A DNA stretch of 64,000 nucleotides from Trypanosoma brucei (GCA_000002445.1 CM000208.1:2048001-2112000); one strand, 5' to 3'; positions 42,001-52,790 are shown, counted from the stretch's first letter. Notes: a model not told the origin generated them from the sequence alone. Numbers and translations are program-made.

Positions 42001-42968
42001 TTGCCGTGCCACCTCCAAGAGTTTCTGTGCCACCGGCACCTGTCCCACGAGAATCTGCAGGATCTATTGCTTCATCTGAGAATAAACTCTCTGATGTGAA
42101 TGTTGCCGTGCCACCTCCAAGAGTTTCTGTGCCACCGGCACCTGTCCCACGAGAATCTGCAGGATCTATTGCTTCATCTGAGAATGAGCTCTCTGATGTG
42201 AATGTTGCCGTGCCACCTCCAAGAGTTTCTGTGCCACCGGCACCTGTCCCACGAGAATCTGCAGGATCTATTGCTTCATCTGAGAATGAGCTCTCTGATG
42301 TGAATGTTGCCGTGCCACCTCCGAGAGTTTCTGTGCCACCGGCACCTGTCCCACGAGAATCTGCAGGATCTATTGCTTCATCTGAGAATAAACTCTCTGA
42401 TGTGAATGTTGCCGTGCCACCTCCGAGAGTTTCTGTGCCACCGGCACCTGTCCCACGAGAATCTGCAGGATCTATTGCTTCATCTGAGAATAAACTCTCT
42501 GATGTGAATGTTGCCGTGCCACCTCCGAGAGTTTCTGTGCCACCGGCACCTGTCCCACGAGAATCTGCAGGATCTATTGCTTCATCTGAGAATAAACTCT
42601 CTGATGTGAATGTTGCCGTGCCACCTCCAAGAGTTTCTGTGCCACCGGCACCTGTCCCACGAGAATCTGCAGGATCTATTGCTTCATCTGAGAATGAGCT
42701 CTCTGATGTGAATGTTGCCGTGCCACCTCCAAGAGTTTCTGTGCCACCGGCACCTGTCCCACGAGAATCTGCAGGATCTATTGCTTCATCTGAGAATGAG
42801 CTCTCTGATGTGAATGTTGCCGTGCCACCTCCAAGAGTTTCTGTGCCACCGGCACCTGTCCCACGAGAATCTGCAGGATCTATTGCTTCATCTGAGAATA
42901 AACTCTCTGATGTGAATGTTGCCGTGCCACCTCCGAGAGTTTCTGTGCCACCGGCACCAGTTCCGTGA
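39045..42968 (+). CDS. Large repetitive protein: coiled-coil N-terminal region followed by ~16 tandem 34-aa Pro-rich repeats (consensus VAVPPPRVSVPPAPVPRESAGSIASSEN[K/E]LSDVN)
   Basis: 1307-aa ORF. Residues ~190–470 are heptad-rich (…ENAKYKAQLLTKDVQLKELEAALRAF…). From nt ~41290 the sequence is a 102-bp unit repeated head-to-tail to the stop at 42966, with only two variable sites per unit. The start codon is uncertain. Confidence 0.7.
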   Translation: MPPLSSLLWGHAHPYIKVAIQIQKWALPRMQSGVGNITTPTSPQQLVVEAPAELLETCGVQYPAAADVNEGEVVDSKALSAAPGERDVLGCGPTLLSLLYSTQKKDEVGHRAVTPMLWECNGAQERCHSSKRDFTTCVKARKSPPPGSATGSGTGAIRDVLRPYRESHSKRFRAKVVDCRAALSVDDQIITLKNENAKYKAQLLTKDVQLKELEAALRAFRAPRVPVPSGVTEPAEVGGCYNGTDTEVARLTRENGEVWRRLQQSHAQLAVWKRDARVSKLQELKMELAVYQAEVARLAAEVPSSGGAGGAQNHPARSKLQREAETSRAKDLFIAELKERASENATALRKCMDDAMRTKSTLEQVREENELISKELCLFRKTALALTRVQEELRATQCELAEARERLQAFEQMMHTVGGPEEVKAVVKERDALLTLLKQHNAREAAYHQEFFTRQREMKESMERCLQEAVQQERALAQDREMQLRRSCLMWKERCERLLPDKLFEQGRLIEGGGTVVEDEEQQTELHQLPKKIVTPFMDNSQRQRLLTKHIDDVLIVRQVSSTSTPASSSTTLSPVSGLSKLSITDTTQSQSSSHGMQISHPGNEDASSPVKGNVMSSQKGSSGDAPVPPTERTDPDGGAVSYPASSAVISAERTSLVENSKGDIVTSISTEEGAVQLPRGLMTAGVDSSDDSGSELSDLAVGIEEGKTPSFRLHGNSDGQLIPEVVSRMPLTLRTVSSDGVAAVLTVASPPPRVSVPPAPVPRESAGSIASSENKLSDVNVAVPPPRVSVPPAPVPRESAGSIASSENELSDVNVAVPPPRVSVPPAPVPRESAGSIASSENELSDVNVAVPPPRVSVPPAPVPRESAGSIASSENELSDVNVAVPPPRVSVPPAPVPRESAGSIASSENKLSDVNVAVPPPRVSVPPAPVPRESAGSIASSENELSDVNVAVPPPRVSVPPAPVPRESAGSIASSENKLSDVNVAVPPPRVSVPPAPVPRESAGSIASSENKLSDVNVAVPPPRVSVPPAPVPRESAGSIASSENELSDVNVAVPPPRVSVPPAPVPRESAGSIASSENELSDVNVAVPPPRVSVPPAPVPRESAGSIASSENKLSDVNVAVPPPRVSVPPAPVPRESAGSIASSENKLSDVNVAVPPPRVSVPPAPVPRESAGSIASSENKLSDVNVAVPPPRVSVPPAPVPRESAGSIASSENELSDVNVAVPPPRVSVPPAPVPRESAGSIASSENELSDVNVAVPPPRVSVPPAPVPRESAGSIASSENKLSDVNVAVPPPRVSVPPAPVP
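41290..42965 (+). repeat. 102-bp tandem repeat array (~16.4 units), in frame within the CDS above
   Basis: The unit 'ccacctccaagagtttctgtgccaccggcacctgtcccacgagaatctgcaggatctattgcttcatctgagaat[aaa/gag]ctctctgatgtgaatgttgccgtg' recurs exactly every 102 nt. Only aaa/gag and cca-aga/ccg-aga vary between units. Confidence 0.95.
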
Positions 42969-44488
42969 GAAGTACACCAGGTGACGATTTTGTTGTGTGT
43001 GTGTGTGGTTGCGTAGCGGTTGTGCATGGGCATTTCGCTATCGTTAAGGTTACTACGGCTTCTATTGAGTGAGTGCACACTTTTTTCATGCTTTTGGTAC
43101 GGCAAACATTTAGACTGTGAGGAAGGTTGCCATTAGTACTTGGTTCTTTGACGGTGCTGTGTTTCTACTCGTGGTGTATGGTGGAAGGTACCTGCTGCTT
43201 ACTTTTTCTTTGATGGGAAACAATCGCCACTGTAGGCGTCTTCCACTTTCAGTTTCCACATTGAATCGAACGGAATTAGTTTACTTCGCGATTCTTTTCG
43301 TTTGTAGAGTTATTTGTTTGACTTCTACTGTTATCCGTCCCCTGTGACTATCTCTAAATTTATGCACCTCCTTTTTGTCTTTTTTTTTTGCGGTCGCACA
43401 TGCGCTTTTCTTTGACACGTACGCGTATTGCCACCGCAGATGGGCACGTCAAGATGAGGTATGTGGTGTTCATATTCATAGAGTTCTTTGTGGTTGAGCG
43501 CCGCTATCGGTTGCAGTGTAAAGGATGCACAGTGGTGTCTGCTTTTATGCTTTGGATTTGTCCTGTCACTCGGCAATGAGTTTGTGCTTGTTTTTTTTCC
43601 TTCCGTCCATCTGGTACGTCGTTTATTTCTGCGCCATTCGTCATTATTATTCTTTAAAGTGCTGTGTGTGCACTTCGATATAATGGAGTACGGTATGCGA
43701 CGAAAGGGGGGGGTGGCGAGAGGAATCAATCCGGGGATACAGTTTTTAAAGTCATTTTTACCTATCGATTATTGATCATGTGTTACTCTGAAACACGTTG
43801 ACGCTCTGTTGCCTCATTTCCCGTTTGATTTTTTTCCCGCCATATTTATCGCAGCCGATAGTGGACACAATGTCGGCATGATTCACGTGTTTCTGCCGCA
43901 CTCTGATAAGCTAGTCGTGAACGTCGGTGTATGAGGCGTTTAAGTGTATGAGCAGGGGTCGGGAGGCGGTTCCGCTCCCGTTTTTCCAGTGTGTAGTTGC
44001 CTATATTGCTCTCCTCTACGGTATGGTGAAGCGCTTCCTTTGCTTGGAGGTCGGAGTGTGCGGTGTTTTGCCCCCCGTCTTGTTTGCGGTGCTGGCAGAG
44101 AAGCCGTTGATCTCCGCAAGGTGCCGTCGCACTCTGATGGTGGCAGTGGTGTAACCCAACCGAAGAAAAATTACCTGAAGTGCTGCATCTGCCGTTTTGA
44201 GCTGCAGCTTCGCCTTAGTTTACGGCATTCAGGAGTTACGGTGAGCTGATCGGGAAAGACAATGATGTGCTGGTACAGATTTTGCCACATTTGTGCATAC
44301 TTCCCCCTTGTGATGATATGCTTCTTGCTTGTACCCCTGCTTTTCCTTTTTTCATGTGGGACCACATCGCCTGGGAGATGATGCGTTAACCAACTTTCAC
44401 TTTCTTGTCTTAAAATTGAACCGCTACGTGACTTACTGTAAAGAGGATCAAGAGGTTGTGAAGGAGGATACAGTCACGAATAGCAGTT

Positions 44489-45781
44489 ATGTCAACAGGT
44501 CACCCCGTGGACTGTGTACCACTCCACCAGGCAGCCGAATCCTGCGACCCGGTTGCTAAGCTTTGCGCCTTCCTGATGGCAAAACGCGGATGGAGTCACC
44601 ACCGACTGGCGCAGGCGCTTGGGGTCCCCCCGCTTGTCCTGGAGGAATGCATTCGTAACGGCGTATCCTCAGGGGCGTTGCACGGGCGTTTAGCGCGATG
44701 GATCGCGGAGGGCGGCGGCGCCTCTTTGCCGCAAAGCCTGGTGCAGGCTGTTGTTCAGGCTCCGGCGGGAATTCTGTCGGGTAGCGACACACCGGAGAGC
44801 CAGTTGGATGGTGACCCACTTGCTGACCTGGACCCTGTCACCCGGGCGTATTTTGTGGAACTTGGGTCTAGCATTGGACAAAGCTTCATTTCTATTTTAA
44901 ACGATCCACGTCAAGCAAGGGACAATTTTAGGTGGGGCTCTTGGTTCGTTGGGATTGTGTCCAATGCTTTGGATCACAAGACCTACATGAAGCGGGCAGG
45001 GACTGTTACTAACGAGCAACCGTCGTCAGATACGTTGATGGCCAGGTATAATCAAAACTGGGACTACATGCCATATCTGCAACTTGTGTCAGGGACATTA
45101 AGTGAAAACAACAAAGGGGTGGAACCCTTGGCGAATGTTCCCGCGGCTACGCCACAACTCGGTTCCGTTCTGTCGTGCGCACTAAATGAAAACCTACCGT
45201 GGCCCCAGGGTGTGCCAGAGGAATTCTTTGACACATCGTACGATGCGGCCAACGAGCTCCGCCTTCTGGAGCGGGTAATTGAAGAACGAGGAGGAAGTAA
45301 GATAGATGAAGATGGAGTTCCGATCACCGCTACAACGTTCTCAGATGATTTTGAGGAGATTGAAAAGCGCATGAAGAAATTACGCGAGTGGGAAGGCGCG
45401 GTGGAGAGCTGCTTATTGCGTCATGTGCAGAGCCGTGCGGACCAGTTTTTCATCGTGTCGCAGGATTTCACGGATCGTGCTGGGGAGGCGCGCAGGGCTC
45501 TTGACGACCTTCAGCAAACAAGGGCGGATGTCGATGCCTATGGGACGGGTTTTGTCAGGGAGATGATGACGATCGCACAGAACTACCGCATTCGACATGG
45601 TTTGACTGCTTCCCGGGACTTGGCCGTGGGGATGATGGAGACACTCTCAGCGCTGTCAGTCAATGAAAACTGGATATCGCTTCCGGAGAGAGACATGACT
45701 GAGCTCCCAGCCGTGGTTGAAAACTATTGTGCCTTGTACAAAGCTTTATGGTGCGGGGCCGCCGCAGGGGCAGGTGAGGCC

Positions 45782-45819
<38 letters not shown>

Positions 45820-47758
45820 CTTCTCTGAGACTGGAAACTTCACGCGGGTGAGGGTGTTAAGGGATGTTCCCGAGCGGATGTTGCTGGCGAAAGAGAGTCT
45901 TCATAAAATGATCATGAGAGAAATTGAGCTCACTTTCAACCCGTTGCCAGGATCAGATGTGGAGGAAGGCCGCTTGTTGAGAGCGGTGAGAGCAGCGGGA
46001 GAAATGAATCTATTGCCAACCATCATTCACCAAAACCGGGAGCGACTGCCTGATATTATGTGGACGAACGCTCGAAGCGTGTTTGTGACGGGCATGATGG
46101 ACAGTGGTGCTGTGGGTGAGAAAGGAGCAAATTCTCTTCTGGAAGTCGCCGTGGCTGGTGACAGCTCACGTGAAGAGAAGTTATCACTCATTGGCCTGTC
46201 CGACTCGTGCCGCTTCCCCGCTTTTATGCGGATTTTTAGTGCGATCGCCGTTCAAATATCCCAGGCAGTGAGGCAGGCCTCTCGTTGTTGGGCTCTTCTC
46301 GTCGTTGGGGCTAGTGTGCGTTCCAGTTTCCGCGACGTTGGTGCTCATGATGGTGAGGAAAGTTTGTGGGATATGAGCAGGAGGAACTTAGTTGCGTTGT
46401 TCGCCGCGGCAGAGGGGACGGTTGCGCTGTTTTTGGAAGCGCGGTCACGGCCTTCGTGCGTCCCTACCAATGTGCACGATCTCGAGACACTTGTGAAGTC
46501 CGGGTACGATTTCATGCAGGGCATGGTCGCAGTATTTCACGACGTTGCGGCGATGGTTGGTGATTTAGGTGACCCCTGGAGCTGCCTTTCGGGTAAGCAG
46601 CTTAAAGCCGCTGTGGTGCGGCTCGGAAAGGAACACGTTCGGTCACGTCACGCGGCAAATATCGAAAGGATACGCCTGACGCTAGAGGGAGAGAAGTGGG
46701 TTCCGTGTGACTCAGATGCGGATTTTCAGTCCCGTGTTTCCGTAATATTTAATGGTGGTGACGAAGCCGTCAGCGCGCTGCGGGCGCTCATTGTTTTCAC
46801 CGATTTTAAGGACTCGCGCGAAACTCACCCCAGTTCGCCGAAGACGTGTCAGGAGATGGCAGTGGCTCCATCGAAGAAGCCAGATGCGGTACCGGATCTC
46901 AATTTTACGGCAGTCGGTGAGGGTAAGGTAAATAAGCCGTTTATATTACCTTCGTTGGGTGGACAATTCGATGGACGAGTGGTGAGTGTATCCCTGCAAA
47001 TACTTCTCGAGATGTTGCATGATTATGATGGCTACCTGGGTCGGTTCCCATTTCTTGCTTTTGACATCATGGGAAAGGTGTACGATCTCTTGAGGCTATA
47101 CAATTCACAGTGCGCTGCTCTCCTGCTAGGTGCGATGGCTGTGGAGACCGGTACCCTTGAATCTATCACCGTTCCACACATGGCTGTAGCTTCCCAGAAT
47201 CTTGCGCTGCTCTACGACGGTATTCCGCTCATGCAAAGGCGCTGGGAGAGGGTGGTTGATGGTGATAATTTGCCTTCCTCCATCTCAGAGGACCTAGAGC
47301 GTGTTCGCCAGGGTTGCCAGATGTGTCGTTTGGAACTACTGGGAAAAATAGCAGCACTTGTAAAGGAGAAGGTAGGGGTGCTTGCTGACACTGCTAGAAG
47401 AGAGTGGCAAGACGCCGGAAGCCCGTGGGTCATGACAACGCTACGAGAAACAGCCCGAGTCATGCACCTCCTAAACCCTCTTGTGCCCGTTAGCGACTGC
47501 CGTGGTGTTGTTGTGCCAATGTTAGGTACTTTTGCCCGTATGATGCGGACTGTGATGATGTCGCCTGATATTGACGAGGTGGAGCTTGGAGTCATGAGGT
47601 CGGATGTGCTTGTGTTTAAGGCCAATGTGGAGAGGTTCGGCTTTGATGTTATGCGTTGTATGGAGTTATGCGCGTCACCAACTGACGCCATGAAAGAATC
47701 AAAGGAGCCCTGCGCAACGGATGAAGCTGTCTTGGCATGGTTCTTTGGTCAGGCGTAG
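44489..47758 (+). CDS. Large conserved hypothetical protein (1089 aa) with an internal poly-Asn tract; possibly a helical tethering-complex-like subunit (speculative)
   Basis: Long clean ORF on the coding strand of the unit. An N13 run is encoded by (AAC)13 at 45782..45820. Amphipathic helical segments (…DDFEEIEKRMKKLREWEGAVESCLLRHVQSRADQFFIVSQDF…) are seen but no diagnostic catalytic motif. Confidence 0.6.
45782..45820 (+). repeat. (AAC)13 coding microsatellite giving poly-Asn
   Basis: Direct read: aacaacaac… ×13 inside ORF 44489..47758. Confidence 0.95.
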
Positions 47759-48176
47759 ACGTCGCAGCGGTGCCAAATATCATTATCGTCTCCTCTACCT
47801 CCATTCACTTGCTTCTACACATCTATATATAATTCCCCTTTTGCTACTTACTGTTGTTATTTCCCCTTACCCCCGTTGGTTCTCCCCATTGACAACCACA
47901 AATTATCACCTGAATTCCCTTTGGTTGCTTGGGGAGGGGGGGGGGGAGAGGTTTGGCATTGTCGTCTAAAGCAGGCTCACCTGGTGGAAGGGGGTGCGTA
48001 TGTTGCTTTGAACAGACGGTTGCCTTATTGTCATCCCTACACACTCACCCTTTTCCTTTTCCTTTCGTCTCTGTGTTTCGTGGTACGCGTGTTTAGTTCT
48101 ATCGTTGTTTACATCCCAAAAAGGCGTGCCCTTTTTTTTTGTGGGGTGAGAGAGGACAACGGGGGGCAGAACAAAA

Positions 48177-50843
48177 GTGGCGACGATGCGCCGTTGCCTC
48201 TTCGTTGTACGGCATCCGAAAGCCTATGCTGCCATTCATATCGCACAGCACCAACTAGTTTCCGCTTCAACGACTTCTTGCTCCCTTGAGAGAACTCCCT
48301 TGCTCTGCGTTGAAAGTGGAAACGTTTCTGTTGAGCCCGCGAGGGTTCAGTTTGATGGGCTGATCAAAGAAATAAATGAATTTCAGGTGAGGCGGAAGCG
48401 TTCTGAGCGCCGTCTTAACGTTCCCGCTTCAAATATACCTACAACAAAAACAAAACCGGCACAAGTGGAGCGAAATGTAGCACGGGTTCCACAACCATCG
48501 GGTCCAACCAGCTCGGTGGTAACAGACCCTTTATTATCATCAGTGCCATTTGTGTTGCGTGATCCGCCGGTGTTAACTGATGTCGCCTGCACTCTGCACG
48601 AGTTGGAGAGTGCACTTTTCCAAATCTCAGAGGATGAGGGGGCGTTACTCGACGAGAAGGTGAACGTCGTACCGGACGCGACCGCCGCAAATAACGACGA
48701 CGGCTACGTTGGTGCATCCAGTGAATTGGAAGGGAGTTGTGTTGATGGGGGCCAAAGTGCTGCCACTGAGGACCGTCAAGCGGCAGCGGATGCTGGGGAG
48801 CTTTTGAGTGCTCAGCCAGATTCCCAAAACTCTGGACTGCGTTGCTGGCTTGATGATACCGTTGTTCCCACTTCGAGAATTTGCAGCGACACCAGTCTCA
48901 ATACAACTTCACTGCATGTGGAATGGCTGTCGGAGCGCACCGTCGCATTGGAGTTACGTGAAAACCCAGCCTCCGTTGTGGATCTTGTCGCGGGACTCAA
49001 CAGCGCACTTTCCACTCTGGAGGCGGTGAAGGAATGGTCGCATGGTCTCGTTGTAGTGCTCCGCACGGCTCGCGATATTCCCTTTTATACCCCGAAACAC
49101 TCAGAGTTGGAGTTGACCCCTATAAATCGCCTCGAGGTCATGCGCGCGAAGTCTCGACTGTTTCGCCGAATGGGAGAGGCGTCAAGGTGTGGAGTGGTAT
49201 TTGTAGGGGAGATTGGTGTGTCCGCCCTAGACTTCGGCGCTGAGTTGCTCTTCACGTGTGCCAGGGTTGAATTTCCAATCTCCTGTGCAGATGAAGTGCG
49301 CGTTGGATTCCCCTCCCTTCAATTCGGCGTGTGGCCCTCGCCAGATGTGCTCAAGAGATTAAGTGGGGTTGTTGGGTACGGTGAAGGGGTGACTGACGTC
49401 GTCCCAGCATTTCATACTTTGCCCTGGGGAGAGTGGAGAAAACTATACCCGCAGCTTTCGTTGCTCTCTGACATGGAATGTCAGTCATGGAGTAGAGTGT
49501 GGTTGCCAGAGATCATGCGCGGATGGTGGCAATGGCGTTTGTGGTTTTACCAGAAAATGTGTGGCGCATTCAGGCAAGATTTAACTCCTTTTTGTGACGC
49601 CGTGCCTCACAACACTCCGGGGGGTCTGTGGAACTCTTATTGTGCCCTAGTGACCGGCACCGAAACCGACGGTGGTGCCGATGTTCTTGACAAGAGCATC
49701 AACATGTATGCGGAGCTCATGGCAAACCGCGACATATACAATTCCGCGTGTGTGGTGGCGAAACTGGACCGTGTGCATAATCGCGTTTTAAATCCTCTTC
49801 CCTGCGATGATCGGTTTGTGGTGTCACCGGGCTGCTCTGCAGGTTCCTTGACGTCGTCTGCACCCTTTTTGATATTCGCTGAGGACGCGCTTGGTGGTGC
49901 CGCTAAATTGATTGCTCAGCACCGCAGTTCCTTTGATTTGAATTCCCCACGTTACGCATTATTGATCGGAGAGTCTGACGCGGTGAAGGATGTGGCAGCA
50001 TTGTTAGACTGCGCTGTGGTTGCCACGCCCGTTTGTGCACCAAAGGTGGCTCCATTGGGCGGAAAACCTATGGTGGAGGTCCAAGTCCTCCCTGCTGTAC
50101 ACGTGGCCGACAACGAGTCCAAGGTGGCTCTCTCCAGTGCGTTGGCGTATTTTCAGTCAACCGAGGTCCCGTACATTGTTACAAGGGGAGGTGACGTGTC
50201 TAAACGGCTTCTGGCAGCTCTTTCCCTCGAGTTATGCCAGCTGGCCTCAGAGACAGAGTGCTGGCGTGTAGAGGGCGTTGCCCGACGTCGGCTTGGATTC
50301 TCCACTTGCCCATTTGAACTCATGGATCGGTACGGTGCGGCTTTTATATCTGCCGTTATAGACCGGTACGAGCATATGAAAAATTTCGTAAGACAAGTGC
50401 CACCCGCATCCAGGCTGTTGTTGGCGGCCGCGGGTACCGGAGGCTTTTACGACAAAACGGGGCGGATAGCCGGTTCGGTTGCGCAACGTTTGAGGTCTGA
50501 GGAACCTACTGATGGTGAAATTTTTGTGAGGCTCTTAGGTACCGTGCTTAACGAGAGTTGCTCTTTACTGTTAGATGGCACGGTAGAATCAACAGATGAT
50601 ATCAATCTTGCCTCTGTGTTTTGTTTCGGTCTCAAGCCGTCGGTCGGAGGTATTCTGTCGTGTATGGACGACAACATGTCGCTTTCCACCCTCGTCAGAG
50701 AAATGTTGTACATGTCCAGGGGTTGCAGTGGGGTCTCCACTGTTCCCTCCCCGCTGTTACGTGCCATGGACGACGCGAGTGAATCATTCCGTACACTTTC
50801 TGCAGATACCATCCGCCGGGCGAGGGGGAACATGTTGAAATGA
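48177..50843 (+). CDS. Hypothetical protein, 888 aa
   Basis: Long uninterrupted same-strand ORF. I recognise no motifs. The first Met in the ORF was used as the start. Confidence 0.55.
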   Translation: MATMRRCLFVVRHPKAYAAIHIAQHQLVSASTTSCSLERTPLLCVESGNVSVEPARVQFDGLIKEINEFQVRRKRSERRLNVPASNIPTTKTKPAQVERNVARVPQPSGPTSSVVTDPLLSSVPFVLRDPPVLTDVACTLHELESALFQISEDEGALLDEKVNVVPDATAANNDDGYVGASSELEGSCVDGGQSAATEDRQAAADAGELLSAQPDSQNSGLRCWLDDTVVPTSRICSDTSLNTTSLHVEWLSERTVALELRENPASVVDLVAGLNSALSTLEAVKEWSHGLVVVLRTARDIPFYTPKHSELELTPINRLEVMRAKSRLFRRMGEASRCGVVFVGEIGVSALDFGAELLFTCARVEFPISCADEVRVGFPSLQFGVWPSPDVLKRLSGVVGYGEGVTDVVPAFHTLPWGEWRKLYPQLSLLSDMECQSWSRVWLPEIMRGWWQWRLWFYQKMCGAFRQDLTPFCDAVPHNTPGGLWNSYCALVTGTETDGGADVLDKSINMYAELMANRDIYNSACVVAKLDRVHNRVLNPLPCDDRFVVSPGCSAGSLTSSAPFLIFAEDALGGAAKLIAQHRSSFDLNSPRYALLIGESDAVKDVAALLDCAVVATPVCAPKVAPLGGKPMVEVQVLPAVHVADNESKVALSSALAYFQSTEVPYIVTRGGDVSKRLLAALSLELCQLASETECWRVEGVARRRLGFSTCPFELMDRYGAAFISAVIDRYEHMKNFVRQVPPASRLLLAAAGTGGFYDKTGRIAGSVAQRLRSEEPTDGEIFVRLLGTVLNESCSLLLDGTVESTDDINLASVFCFGLKPSVGGILSCMDDNMSLSTLVREMLYMSRGCSGVSTVPSPLLRAMDDASESFRTLSADTIRRARGNMLK

Positions 50844-51083
50844 TACAGAGAGGCTTCATTGTGAATCAGTTCGGTGGGATTGTGGTGTGGTAGCGTTTCC
50901 GATGTTTCGCCGCCGCCACCCAGCGCGGTGGTTGTCTCAGGGACTGTGGTACACAAGAATGGGGTTGTGCATGTGCTACAAATGGGTCACAGATCTGGTG
51001 GCATCGCCGCTGCAGTTGCTGAGCACACTTTCTGAAGGACGTGTAAAAAAAAAAGAGAGAAGTACGAGCCCAACAGCATCAAT

Positions 51084-51773
51084 TTGTGTTGTGAAATATC
51101 CCTATGCAGCAAACACCCCTCTTTTTGGCATCATTTGATATTCTCTGTTTGTACCCCTATTGCTTATCTCTTGCTTGTAGTATCGGGTGAAAGGACCCTT
51201 TGGCATAATTATTCTGAGGGGATGGTATTGCACAAGTGGGCTGTGGTGAGTAGGAGCGCCCCACCACCACGGGGACTTCGGCCCATCGCCCGCACAATAC
51301 CCACCCATCCGCGTCTGCGTCCGGTAGACTACAAAATACCTTATGTGCTACGCACTTTTATCAAAGATCGACACACAAGTGAAGTGCAACATTTAGAGAA
51401 CCGGGGAATGTTTGCAGAGGAGCTTAGTATCGAGCGCTCGAGGTTCCCGCGTTTTCATTCCACTTTCACTATCCAAACTGACGGTTCACTCAACGAGAGG
51501 GAGTTCGAGTTTGCTGTTCCTCCGATAGTAACATTGTTCCACGACCGGCTTTCGGCCCATCGGGAGCGTCAACTGGAGCTGGCCAAGATTGGGAAGCTGA
51601 GGAAGGAAAGGAATTGGGAGACGGAGCAGAAGGGCGAAGAATCCGTTAGCATGGCATGCAACGCCTTGGCTTTTCCATACTGTATACCGAAGAACATGTT
51701 GAAGAGGTCGAGAGTAGTTGATCCACTAAATAGCAAATCATCTACTCAGGGAGTAACCTCGGGGGGAGGGTAG
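51084..51773 (+). CDS. Hypothetical protein (229 aa ORF; start uncertain, a later Met is possible)
   Basis: Same-strand ORF between two better-supported genes. No recognisable domains. Confidence 0.35.
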   Translation: MCCEISLCSKHPSFWHHLIFSVCTPIAYLLLVVSGERTLWHNYSEGMVLHKWAVVSRSAPPPRGLRPIARTIPTHPRLRPVDYKIPYVLRTFIKDRHTSEVQHLENRGMFAEELSIERSRFPRFHSTFTIQTDGSLNEREFEFAVPPIVTLFHDRLSAHRERQLELAKIGKLRKERNWETEQKGEESVSMACNALAFPYCIPKNMLKRSRVVDPLNSKSSTQGVTSGGG

Positions 51774-52022
51774 TTGATACGGTGTGAGATTGTTATTATT
51801 GTTGATAGCGCTTGAGCATCGTCTTGTTTTGTGTTCATTTGTGCTTATCGTTGAACGAGAGTTTGACTAATTTTTCTGCCTCGTCGTTTGTATCAGTGGC
51901 TGCATGTTGCCCTTCCTTGCGTATAGATGAAGGGGTTAGCTTGTCGTTGTCTTTCGCACAATATAAAGTATTCTCACCTGTGCACTCACTTGTTTTTACA
52001 GCTGCGAAGAGAATCGGTCTCC

Positions 52023-52790
52023 ATGATGAATTCACATAACGCGATCGTCCAGCGTCTCTCAAGGGAGGCTCTGGCTGATATTGAGGGACTTGATGCATTG
52101 AAACACGGCTTTGAAAGGGAGGAATGCTGTGGTCCAGTTCCGGCAAAACTGCCTGGGAGCATGACGCTCACTGAGCACCTTTTTCTTTCATCGGATGTTG
52201 GTGCAAAGGACTGGGAATCGAATTTGAGGAATGTCGCGGGTTATGATGCCCTTAACTCGAAGGTCAAAGAATTGGAGAATGTTCAGCTGACGGTGTTTCA
52301 TCGACCAGGTCCAGACGAGTGCCTCTTGCGATTTTTGTACGACGAGAAACTGCAATCAGTAATTATAACGCAGTACAGTTGCATAACATCGGGTGAGTTC
52401 CCGTGGGAAAGCAAAGGGTCGGTCCCCTGTGACCGCTCAAATGACGCATTTGTCTTCGTCTGCTCACATCATCAGCGTGATGGTCGCTGTGGTTATTGTG
52501 GTACTGTTTTGCTGGAGCTCCTGAGGAATGCCATAAAGGAAAAGAAGGGCGGTGACGCATGTATTTACGTGTATCCGTGCTCCCATGTTGGTGGTCACAT
52601 GTATGCTGGAAATGTTTTAGTATACACGAAAAGGGGTGGAATCTGCTTCGGTTGCATCAAGCCATCTGATGTCGACAGCCTTGCAGACCTTCTAGTGAGA
52701 GGGGATGGAGCTATACCGGACTCACTTGAGTCGCGGATAAGGGGGAAGATTGGGTTTACCCAGGGGGGCCTCAATTGCAGTGTGATGTAG
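52023..52790 (+). CDS. Sucrase/ferredoxin-like (Suc_Fer-like) thioredoxin-fold [2Fe-2S] protein, Apd1/Aim32-type
   Basis: The motif CSHHQRDGRCGYCGTVL…YVYPCSHVGGHMYAGNVLVY matches the Suc_Fer-like signature (C-x-H-x2-RD-x-RCG … SH-x-GGH-x-AGNV). The start is taken at MMNSHNAIVQ (52023) within ORF 51927..52790. Confidence 0.7.
   Translation: MMNSHNAIVQRLSREALADIEGLDALKHGFEREECCGPVPAKLPGSMTLTEHLFLSSDVGAKDWESNLRNVAGYDALNSKVKELENVQLTVFHRPGPDECLLRFLYDEKLQSVIITQYSCITSGEFPWESKGSVPCDRSNDAFVFVCSHHQRDGRCGYCGTVLLELLRNAIKEKKGGDACIYVYPCSHVGGHMYAGNVLVYTKRGGICFGCIKPSDVDSLADLLVRGDGAIPDSLESRIRGKIGFTQGGLNCSVM

Noticed and set aside
41072-43105. 677-aa ORF on the minus strand (GTGAGGTETLGGGTATFTSES… repeats)
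   Set aside because: Exactly antisense to the 102-bp tandem repeats of the + strand gene. Its openness is a by-product of the periodic repeat and it lies opposite the direction of the transcription unit.
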